64,000 nt of DNA from Clostridia bacterium (GTDB lineage Bacteria; Bacillota; Clostridia; Monoglobales; Monoglobaceae), in NCBI GenBank assembly GCA_017546205.1, contig JAFYXJ010000018.1:1704-65703 (forward strand). Reading direction: 5' to 3'. The notes under the pieces were generated by a model that worked only from the letters and a program-made list of their open reading frames with translations, ran no database searches and had not been told where the DNA came from. Made by a program: the position numbers and the translations under genes. The first letter of the stretch is position 1; the number at the start of each line of letters is the position of its first letter. This document shows positions 19,242 to 27,113 of this stretch, in pieces.

Positions 19242-20101
19242 TATAGTTTTTCAAGTATCGCTCTGGCACTTGCCTGATCGGAGCGTAAAAACCGGTTCAT
19301 CATGGTCAGGCACTCGGTATCTCCCACCGTCAGATAATTATTCTTCTCTTCACAAGAGAGGGTAACCTGAAAGCCCATATCCTTTAATATTTTCACCGAT
19401 GCCTGACTGATTCCTCCAAAGGGATAGACAAAGGTCGTGGGGGTATAGCCGGTATGTTCCTGCATCTCTTGTTGCAAAAGTCCCAAGTCTTCCCTGAGCA
19501 CCTTTTCGTAGGCTTCATCGCTTTCTCCCAAACGCTTTTTGGCACCGTTTCTTGCACCTTTGTTTTCGTGAAGATTGTAACTGTGATTTTGAAATTCCAC
19601 CAAGCCGGAATCCATCATTTCCTTGACCTGTGCCCAGTTTAAATTAGAATAAGTCGGATTTTCGTCCGGCTTTTGGGTGAACAAATCGGTGTATTTTCCA
19701 ATAATAGAGATAACCGCTTTCATTTCATATTCTTTAAGCAAGGGAAACCCGTAATAGTAATTATTGTAGTTGCCGTCATCAAAGGTAAGCATTACCGGTT
19801 TTTCCGGCAAGTCTTCCTCTCCTTTCACATAGGCAATCACATCTTTCACCGTAACGGTCTGGTATCCGTTCTCCTTAAGATACTTGAGGTCATCTTTCAA
19901 CATCCGGACAGAAATCACAAACTTGCTTGCATCGCTGTCTTTTTCACAAATGCCGTGATACATTAAGATAGGAAGTTCTTTTCCTCCCACCTTGCCGGAA
20001 ACCGGAAGTTCTTGTCCTCCTCCTGCGTATTGAGCAGTCATCATAATGACCGCAAGCAGAAACAAATACAGCAAAACGGTACGCATCCGTATCACAAACA
20101 T
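19241..20101 (-). CDS. Polysaccharide deacetylase (CE4/NodB, IcaB/PgaB-like), membrane-anchored
   Basis: LPILMYH, LTFDDG, QNHSYNLH, YPFG; N-terminal TM helix. Confidence 0.92.
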   Translation of the reverse strand: MFVIRMRTVLLYLFLLAVIMMTAQYAGGGQELPVSGKVGGKELPILMYHGICEKDSDASKFVISVRMLKDDLKYLKENGYQTVTVKDVIAYVKGEEDLPEKPVMLTFDDGNYNNYYYGFPLLKEYEMKAVISIIGKYTDLFTQKPDENPTYSNLNWAQVKEMMDSGLVEFQNHSYNLHENKGARNGAKKRLGESDEAYEKVLREDLGLLQQEMQEHTGYTPTTFVYPFGGISQASVKILKDMGFQVTLSCEEKNNYLTVGDTECLTMMNRFLRSDQASARAILEKL

Positions 20102-20118
20102 AACAATCACCTCAAGGT

Positions 20119-20147
20119 ATGGTATGAGTTTATCTTACAGCGTATGC
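20119..20147 (-). promoter_or_regulatory. Putative sigma-E (mother-cell) promoter
   Basis: GCATA-N16-CATACCAT upstream of the deacetylase SD. Confidence 0.55.
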
Positions 20148-20254
20148 CATCTTTTTGGAAATTCTTATTCTTTTTTTGCTTTTTCCCTTTACAAATCCAA
20201 GAATATGGTATAAAATATATAGGTTAATAAGCATGAAACGGAGGTGCTTTTTAC

Positions 20255-23200
20255 ATGTATCAGAAAGTGTCAACCGAACTTTCCTTTGTTGCCCGCGAAA
20301 AAGAAGTGGAGAAATTCTGGAAAGAAAATGATATTTTTGTAAAGAGTATGAAAAATCGGGAGGGGCAGGAGAATTATACATTCTTTGACGGGCCCCCTAC
20401 TGCAAATGGAAAACCCCATATCGGGCATGTACTTACCCGTGCCATTAAGGACTTGATTCCCCGCTACCGCACCATGAAAGGCTACCATGTTTTGAGAAAA
20501 GCAGGTTGGGACACCCACGGTCTGCCGGTAGAACTGGAAGTAGAAAAGGCTCTGGGTATCAGCGGTAAGCCTGAGATTGAAAAATACGGCATTGAAGATT
20601 TTATTAAAAAATGTAAGGGCAGCGTCTTTACCTATCAGAGTGAATGGGAGGAAATGAGCGACCGTGTCGGCTTCTGGGCGGACATGGAAAGTCCTTATGT
20701 AACCTATCACAATGATTATATTGAATCTGTATGGTGGGCACTCCGCCAAATCTGGGACAAAGGTCTCCTTTATAAGGGGCACAAGATTATGCCATACTGT
20801 CCCCGTTGCGGAACTTCTCTTTCCAGCCATGAGGTTGCTCAGGGTTATAAAGATGTCAAAGAGAATTCTGTCATTGCCAAATTCCCCATCAAGAGTGCAG
20901 AGGGCGAATATCTTCTGGCATGGACAACCACCCCTTGGACCCTTCCGTCCAATGTGGCACTCTGTGTCAATCCCCATCAGACTTATGTGAAAGTTCAGGC
21001 AGAGGACGGCATTTATATTCTGGCACAGGCACTTTGTGAAAAAGTATTTGCTGACCAGTCTCTGACCGTTCTTGAAACCTACATCGGTACCGACCTTTGC
21101 GGTATGGAATATGAGCCGCTTTATACCTTTGTTGAGCCTGAGGGCAAGGCATACTACGTGGTTGCAGATAATTATGTTACCATGGATGACGGTACCGGTA
21201 TCGTTCATATTGCACCGGCATTCGGTGAGGACGACTCCAGAGTAGGTAAGGACAACAACCTGCCCTTTATCAACCACGTCAATACCCAAGGTAACTTTAT
21301 TGACGGTTGCGGCGAATGGAGCGGTATGTTTGTCAAAGATACTGACAAACTGGTTATCCGCGACTTAAAAGAGAGAGGGCAATGCTTTGCCGTTATCCCC
21401 TTTGAACACAGTTATCCTTTCTGCTGGCGTTGTGATACACCGCTTTTGTATTACGCGTGCGATACCTGGTTCATCAAGATGACCGCTGTCCGTGACAATC
21501 TTCTCAAAAACAACAACACCGTCAACTGGTTGCCTGACAACATCAAGCACGGACGGTTCGGCAACTTCCTGGAAAACATCATTGACTGGGGTCTGTCCCG
21601 TTCCCGTTACTGGGGAACTCCCCTTCCTATCTGGGAATGTTCCTGCGGTCACCGTCACGTGATCGGTTCCATTCAGGAACTGAAAGAGATGGGAATCAAC
21701 TGTCCTGACGACATTGAACTGCATAAACCCTACGTAGACCAGGTAAAACTCCGTTGTGAAAAGTGTGGCGGAGAAATGACCCGTGTATCCGAGGTTATCG
21801 ACTGCTGGTTTGACTCCGGTTCCATGCCCTTTGCACAATGGCATTATCCCTTTGAGAATAAGGAACTGTTTGAGCAGAACTTCCCCGCTGACTTTATCAG
21901 TGAGGCTATCGACCAGACCAGAGGTTGGTTCTATACCTTGATGGCAATTTCTACCCTGCTCTTTGACAAGGCTCCTTATAAGAACGTTGTAGTTCTGGGA
22001 CACGTACAAGATGACAAGGGTATCAAGATGAGTAAGCATAAAGGCAATGTCATCCTGCCCATGGATATCCTCAATGACCAGGGAAGCGATGCGGTACGTT
22101 GGTACTTCTATTCCAACTCTGCGCCCTGGCTCCCCAATCGGTTCTCTGCGAAGAATGTTTCAGAGTCTCAGCGTAAATTCCTGGGCACCCTCTGGAACAC
22201 CTATGCATTCTATGTGCTCTATGCAGAAATTGACCAGTTTGACCCCACCCAGCATACGCTGGATATCAACAAACTTTCCGTTCTGGATAAGTGGATTCTT
22301 TCCAAACTGAACAAGTTGATTGAAACGGTGGACAAAAATCTGGAAAACTACCGCATCACCGAAGCAACCCGTGCTATGAGCGAATTTGTTGACGAACTGA
22401 GCAACTGGTATGTACGGCGGTGCCGGAATCGTTTCTGGGCAAGCGAACTGACTGAGGATAAGATCAGTGCTTACATGACCTTATATACCACTTTGGTTGA
22501 ATTTTCCAAGGTATGTGCACCCTTTATCCCCTTTATGACCGAGGAAATTTATCAGAATTTGGTGCTTTCTGTTGACAAGACTGCTCCGGAAAGTATCCAC
22601 CTTTGCGATTTCCCCAAGGTTTGCGATGGATGGAACTTCCCCGAAATCGAACAGGACATGGACGCTATCCGCAAGACCGTTATGCTGGGCCGTGCATGCC
22701 GGAACGAGGCGAACATCAAGAACCGTCAGCCTCTTTCCAAGTTGTTTGTACAGTCTGCATCCAACATCAACGAGGCATACAGCGACATTATCCTGGAAGA
22801 GCTGAACATCAAAGAGGTAGCATTTACCGAAGATGCAGGTGCCTTTATCACCTATCAGTTCAAACCCCAGATGCGTACCATGGGTCCCAAATACGGAAAA
22901 CTGATGCGTCCGATCTTTGACGAGATTGCCAAGATGGACGGCGCCGCTGTCATGGCACAATTAAACAGCGGAGATGCGCTGAAATTGACCGTTGAGGGTA
23001 CCGATGTGGAAATCAACAAGGAAGATGTCCTGATTGATACACTGCAGAAAGACGGATTCGTATCCGACAGCGATGCCGGATTTACCGTAGTTCTGGACAC
23101 CAACCTGACCGACGCCCTGATTGAAGAGGGTTATGTCCGTGAGTTTATCAGCAAGGTACAGACCATGCGGAAAGACAGCGGATTTGAGGTTACGGACCGG

Positions 23201-23368
23201 ATTCTGGTTCAGTTTGGCGGCAGTGATTTGATTGCAACCGTTGTCAAGAACAATGCCGAAGAAATTAAAGCACAACTTCTTGCCGACACCTTATCTTCTG
23301 ATGCAACAGATGGTAAAGACTGGAACATCAATGGAGAGAATGTTGTAATCTCCATCACCAAGATATAA
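20255..23368 (+). CDS. ileS: Isoleucine-tRNA ligase, type 2 (eukaryote-like)
   Basis: DGPPTANGKPHIGH, GWDTHGLP, WTTTPWTL, DQTRGWFY, KMSKH; long IleRS2-type C-terminus. Confidence 0.97.
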   Translation: MYQKVSTELSFVAREKEVEKFWKENDIFVKSMKNREGQENYTFFDGPPTANGKPHIGHVLTRAIKDLIPRYRTMKGYHVLRKAGWDTHGLPVELEVEKALGISGKPEIEKYGIEDFIKKCKGSVFTYQSEWEEMSDRVGFWADMESPYVTYHNDYIESVWWALRQIWDKGLLYKGHKIMPYCPRCGTSLSSHEVAQGYKDVKENSVIAKFPIKSAEGEYLLAWTTTPWTLPSNVALCVNPHQTYVKVQAEDGIYILAQALCEKVFADQSLTVLETYIGTDLCGMEYEPLYTFVEPEGKAYYVVADNYVTMDDGTGIVHIAPAFGEDDSRVGKDNNLPFINHVNTQGNFIDGCGEWSGMFVKDTDKLVIRDLKERGQCFAVIPFEHSYPFCWRCDTPLLYYACDTWFIKMTAVRDNLLKNNNTVNWLPDNIKHGRFGNFLENIIDWGLSRSRYWGTPLPIWECSCGHRHVIGSIQELKEMGINCPDDIELHKPYVDQVKLRCEKCGGEMTRVSEVIDCWFDSGSMPFAQWHYPFENKELFEQNFPADFISEAIDQTRGWFYTLMAISTLLFDKAPYKNVVVLGHVQDDKGIKMSKHKGNVILPMDILNDQGSDAVRWYFYSNSAPWLPNRFSAKNVSESQRKFLGTLWNTYAFYVLYAEIDQFDPTQHTLDINKLSVLDKWILSKLNKLIETVDKNLENYRITEATRAMSEFVDELSNWYVRRCRNRFWASELTEDKISAYMTLYTTLVEFSKVCAPFIPFMTEEIYQNLVLSVDKTAPESIHLCDFPKVCDGWNFPEIEQDMDAIRKTVMLGRACRNEANIKNRQPLSKLFVQSASNINEAYSDIILEELNIKEVAFTEDAGAFITYQFKPQMRTMGPKYGKLMRPIFDEIAKMDGAAVMAQLNSGDALKLTVEGTDVEINKEDVLIDTLQKDGFVSDSDAGFTVVLDTNLTDALIEEGYVREFISKVQTMRKDSGFEVTDRILVQFGGSDLIATVVKNNAEEIKAQLLADTLSSDATDGKDWNINGENVVISITKI

Positions 23369-23370
23369 AC

Positions 23371-23404
23371 AAGAAAACCTCCGGGAAATCCCGGAGGTTT
23401 TTTG
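23371..23404. terminator. Bidirectional terminator after ileS
   Basis: AAAACCTCCGGG-aaat-CCCGGAGGTTTT. Confidence 0.88.
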
Positions 23405-23560
23405 TTAATCCTCATCACTGATATAAATTTCTTCTGCCTCAATATGTGCTTGTATTAAAATGTCAATTGCTTGTTGCGTATCATTTCTCTCCTGCAATGC
23501 ATCAATGGCATCTGCCATGGCTGCAAACAGTTTGAAATACAGCCGCTCGAAATCAACCAC
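23405..23560 (-). CDS. Small acidic helical hypothetical protein (51 aa)
   Basis: SD GGGGAGGG then GTG; MVDFERLYFKLFAAMADAIDALQERNDTQQAIDILIQAHIEAEEIYISDED; ends at the ileS terminator. Confidence 0.7.
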   Translation of the reverse strand: MVDFERLYFKLFAAMADAIDALQERNDTQQAIDILIQAHIEAEEIYISDED

Positions 23561-23575
23561 ATCTATCCCTCCCCA

Positions 23576-23776
23576 AATAAAAAATGCGTGACCCTTCGCA
23601 GAGCCACGCATAAAAAACGCAGAGGCTATCTCGAAAAGTCACCACAACTTATATACCATAGCACAAGAGCACAAGGATAACGAGATAAGCATACGCTTTT
23701 TACATAGCGTACACCTTATGCTCTCATATATGCATAAATGTAATGGCTTACATTCAATGATATTATAAATTGTGGT
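23576..23776 (-). ncRNA. Putative structured leader RNA or sRNA of unknown family, ending in an intrinsic terminator
   Basis: Own sigma-A promoter; 5' ACCACAAUUUAUA pairs with UAUAAGUUGUGGU; internal hairpins; terminator AUGCGUGGCUCU-GCGA-AGGGUCACGCAU-U run. Confidence 0.6.
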
Positions 23777-23782
23777 AATTAT

Positions 23783-23811
23783 AGTATATCACAAAGTTTT
23801 ACAAATTACAA
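23783..23811 (-). promoter_or_regulatory. sigma-A promoter for the structured RNA and small ORF
   Basis: TTGTAA-N17-TATACT with an extended TG. Confidence 0.7.
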
Positions 23812-23812
23812 G

Positions 23813-23941
23813 CAAAAAAAGCGTGACTCTTTGCAAAGCCACGCATAAAAACGCTGTCTCTTCAAAGGTTACCACACTTTTTTTTGCCCTGTATACGCAT
23901 AATACCTAGACGAAAGACAGGTGAAGAAAAACAACGCTTTT
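23813..23941 (-). repeat. Diverged, 5'-truncated second copy of the structured element; also the ddh terminator
   Basis: GTGTGGTAACCTTTGAAGAGACAGCGTTTTTATGCGTGGCTTTGCAAAGAGTCACGC parallels TTGTGGTGACTTTTCGAGATAGCCTCTGCGTTTTTTATGCGTGGCTCTGCGAAGGGTCACGC. Confidence 0.75.
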
Positions 23942-24922
23942 TTACAACAACTGTTTTCTTAATTCTTCGCCGCTCATAGGGCTGAGATATGCAGGAGGAA
24001 TATCCAGAACGGTTTTGCAACCTGCGACGCCCTCTGCACCCAACCGATATGCAGCGCGGGCATAGGCTACCAGCACCGATGCGGTAAATTCCGGATTGGA
24101 GTCCAGTTTCAGGCTGTATTCAATCAAATTGGTATGCTCTTTGTCGATACCGGTCTGTCCGCTGCGAATCACCACGCCCCCATGGGGAAGTTGGCTATGG
24201 TCTCTTGCCATCTCCTCTTTGGTGATAAAGTGGACGGTGGTTTCATAATCAGCAAAATAATTGGGCATGGTTTTGATTTCCCGCTCAATCCGCTCAAGGT
24301 CTGCACCCTCCTCTGCCACCACAAAACATTCTCTGGTATGTTTTTCTCCGGTGGTCAAATCCGGCATGGTTCCGCCTCTTACTGCGGAGATAGCCTCCGG
24401 TCTTGGAATGGTATACTGTCTGGCATCCAGCACCCCGTCAATACGGCGTACTGCGTCAGAATGGCCTTGGCTGACGCCTTTACCCCAGAATGTGTAATCC
24501 TTTCCCTCCGGCAAAATGGCACCCATATACATACGGCTGAGAGAGAACATGCCCGGGTCCCAGCCAACAGAAATAACACCTACTTTTCCGCCCTCTTTGG
24601 ATGCGGTATCCACCTTGGAAAAATGCTCGGGAATCTTTGCGTGGGTGTCAAAACTGTCCACCACATGAAACAGCCGTGCATACTTTGGGGTTTGCTCCGG
24701 AAGGTCGGTAGCACTGCCTCCGCAAAGAATCATAACATCAATTTCATTCTGCATTTTTTCTGCTTCTTCTATTGAATAAACCGGAACATCCGGCGTCAAA
24801 ATCCGGACAGTTTTGGGGGCTCGTCTTGTAAATACCCCCTTAAGTTCCATATCAGGATTCTGCATCAGGGCACATTCTACCCCTCTGCCGAGGTTTCCGT
24901 ATCCTAAAATTCCAATTCTCAT
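23942..24922 (-). CDS. ddh: meso-diaminopimelate D-dehydrogenase
   Basis: GYGNLG, VDSFDTH, GWDPG, TFWGKGVSQGHSDA, NPEFTASVL. Confidence 0.96.
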   Translation of the reverse strand: MRIGILGYGNLGRGVECALMQNPDMELKGVFTRRAPKTVRILTPDVPVYSIEEAEKMQNEIDVMILCGGSATDLPEQTPKYARLFHVVDSFDTHAKIPEHFSKVDTASKEGGKVGVISVGWDPGMFSLSRMYMGAILPEGKDYTFWGKGVSQGHSDAVRRIDGVLDARQYTIPRPEAISAVRGGTMPDLTTGEKHTRECFVVAEEGADLERIEREIKTMPNYFADYETTVHFITKEEMARDHSQLPHGGVVIRSGQTGIDKEHTNLIEYSLKLDSNPEFTASVLVAYARAAYRLGAEGVAGCKTVLDIPPAYLSPMSGEELRKQLL

Positions 24923-25035
24923 GAATCGTCACTCCTTTTCTGCTATTATATACCCATCCTGTCCCAAAGTCAAGAAAGGGAGAATGGTGAAAATCCATAA
25001 AATTTGCAGTTCCCAACATTTATTTATGCAAGCCT

Positions 25036-25064
25036 TTGACAACCGCAACATTTTGTGTTATGAT
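25036..25064 (+). promoter_or_regulatory. sigma-A promoter of the topoisomerase operon
   Basis: TTGACA-N17-TATGAT. Confidence 0.8.
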
Positions 25065-25116
25065 AAAAGATAAGGCATGAATTACAGAATTTTATTTCTG
25101 TTTTGGAGGTAGTTTG

Positions 25117-27102
25117 ATGGCTAAAAACAATTACGAATACGACAATACCAGTATATCCGCCTTAAAAGGTGCGGACAGGGTTCGCAAACGCCCTGCGGTT
25201 ATCTTTGGTTCTGACGGCATTGAGGGCTGTCAGCATTCCATGTTTGAAATCCTCTCCAACTCCATTGACGAAGCCCGTGAGGGTTACGGCGATGTGGTGG
25301 AAATTACCCGATATCTGGATATGTCCATTGAGGTTGCGGACTACGGGCGTGGAATTCCGGTGGACTACAACGAAAAAGAAAAACGATTCAACTGGGAACT
25401 GGTTTTCTGTGAACTTTACGCCGGAGGCAAGTACCAGAACAACGCCGGAGGAAACTATGAGTTTTCTCTGGGTCTGAATGGTCTGGGCGCCTGTGCAACC
25501 CAGTACAGTTCTGAGTATATGGATGTTGAAGTACTTCGTGATGGGCATAAGTTCAACCTGCATTTTGAGCGTGGCGAAAACATCGGCGGTCTGGAAAAGA
25601 CCCCCTTCCGTCACCGTCATACCGGAAGCCGTATCCGTTGGAAGCCGGATTTGCAAGTATTTACCGACATCAACATTTCTCTGGAATTTTATCAGGATGT
25701 GCTGAAACGGCAGGCAGTTGTCAATACCGGACTGAAATTTGTCCTGAAAAACGAATCCACACCCGGTCATTTTGATACCTTTGAATATTACTACGAAAAC
25801 GGTATTGTAGACTATGTCAAGGAACTGAGCCAGGAAAAAGAAATGACCTCCGTCCACTTTATCGAAACCGAGCGGAAAGGCCGTGACCGTGAGGATTTGG
25901 ATGAATATAAGGTAAAGATGAGTTTTGCCTTTTGCTTTAACAATGCTGTGAATGTTCTGGAATACTACCACAACTCCAGTTTTCTGGAGTATGGCGGTGC
26001 CCCCGATAAAGCAGTAAAAAATGCCTTTGTTTATGCCATCGACCAATACATCAAACAGAATAACAAATATACCAAAACCGAAAGTAAAATCCAGTTCTCC
26101 GATGTGGAGGACAGCCTGATTCTGGTCAGCAACTCCTTATCTACCATGACCAGTTACGAAAACCAGACCAAAAAAGCCATCAACAACAAGTTTATTCAGG
26201 ATGCCATGACCGAGTTCCTGCGGGAACAACTCAGCATCTACTTCATTGAAAATAAAATGGATGCGGACAAAATCTGTGAGCAGGTTTTGGTCAACAAGCG
26301 GAGCCGTGAAACCGCAGAGAAAACCCGTGTCAACATTAAAAAGAAGTTGAGCGGTAACCTGGATGTGGCAAACCGTGTGAAAAAGTTTGTGGACTGCCGG
26401 AGCAAAGATGTGAGCCGGCGTGAGGTTTACATCGTGGAGGGTGACTCTGCGTTGGGTGCCTGCAAACTGGGACGGGACAGCGAATTTCAGGCAATCATAC
26501 CCATCCGCGGTAAGATCCTCAATTGTTTGAAAGCAGAATACAACAAAATTTTCAGCAGTGATGTCATTGTGGATCTATTAAAGGTTTTGGGTTGCGGTGT
26601 GGAAATCAGCACCAAGCACAACAAGGAGCTAAACTCCTTTGACCTCAATAATCTCCGGTGGAACAAAATCATTATCTGTACCGATGCCGATGTGGACGGA
26701 TACCAGATTCGTACTCTGGTCCTGACCATGATTTACCGGCTTGCTCCTACCTTGATTGAAAAAGGGTATGTGTATATTGCAGAATCTCCCCTTTATGAGA
26801 TTACCCATAAGGACAAGTCCTACTTCGCCTTTAACGAAACCGAAAAAGCGGACATCCTGAAAAAACTGGAGGGTAAAAAATACACCATTCAGCGAAGCAA
26901 AGGTCTGGGTGAAAACCAGCCTGAAATGATGTGGGAAACCACCATGAATCCCGAAACACGGCGGTTAATCAAAGTAATGCCCGATGATATGGAAAAAACC
27001 CAACAGATGTTTGACCTGCTTCTGGGCGACAATCTGGCAGGCAGAAAAGAACATATTGCCAATGTGGGACATCAGTTTATTGACCTGACCGATGTTATGT
27101 AA
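25117..27102 (+). CDS. Type IIA DNA topoisomerase subunit B (GyrB/ParE-like)
   Basis: GHKL motifs EILSNSIDE, DYGRGIP, GLNGLG; TOPRIM motifs VEGDSA, PIRGK, DADVDG; KGLGE. Confidence 0.93.
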   Translation: MAKNNYEYDNTSISALKGADRVRKRPAVIFGSDGIEGCQHSMFEILSNSIDEAREGYGDVVEITRYLDMSIEVADYGRGIPVDYNEKEKRFNWELVFCELYAGGKYQNNAGGNYEFSLGLNGLGACATQYSSEYMDVEVLRDGHKFNLHFERGENIGGLEKTPFRHRHTGSRIRWKPDLQVFTDINISLEFYQDVLKRQAVVNTGLKFVLKNESTPGHFDTFEYYYENGIVDYVKELSQEKEMTSVHFIETERKGRDREDLDEYKVKMSFAFCFNNAVNVLEYYHNSSFLEYGGAPDKAVKNAFVYAIDQYIKQNNKYTKTESKIQFSDVEDSLILVSNSLSTMTSYENQTKKAINNKFIQDAMTEFLREQLSIYFIENKMDADKICEQVLVNKRSRETAEKTRVNIKKKLSGNLDVANRVKKFVDCRSKDVSRREVYIVEGDSALGACKLGRDSEFQAIIPIRGKILNCLKAEYNKIFSSDVIVDLLKVLGCGVEISTKHNKELNSFDLNNLRWNKIIICTDADVDGYQIRTLVLTMIYRLAPTLIEKGYVYIAESPLYEITHKDKSYFAFNETEKADILKKLEGKKYTIQRSKGLGENQPEMMWETTMNPETRRLIKVMPDDMEKTQQMFDLLLGDNLAGRKEHIANVGHQFIDLTDVM

Positions 27103-27113
27103 GGAGTTTTGAA

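Noticed and set aside
23576-23941. Reading the duplicated element as a CRISPR array, T-box or c-di-GMP riboswitch
   Set aside because: There are only two diverged copies and no cas genes. It lacks the T-box stem I/specifier and GGTGGTACCGCG antiterminator, is on the opposite strand downstream of ileS, and lacks the GEMM consensus.
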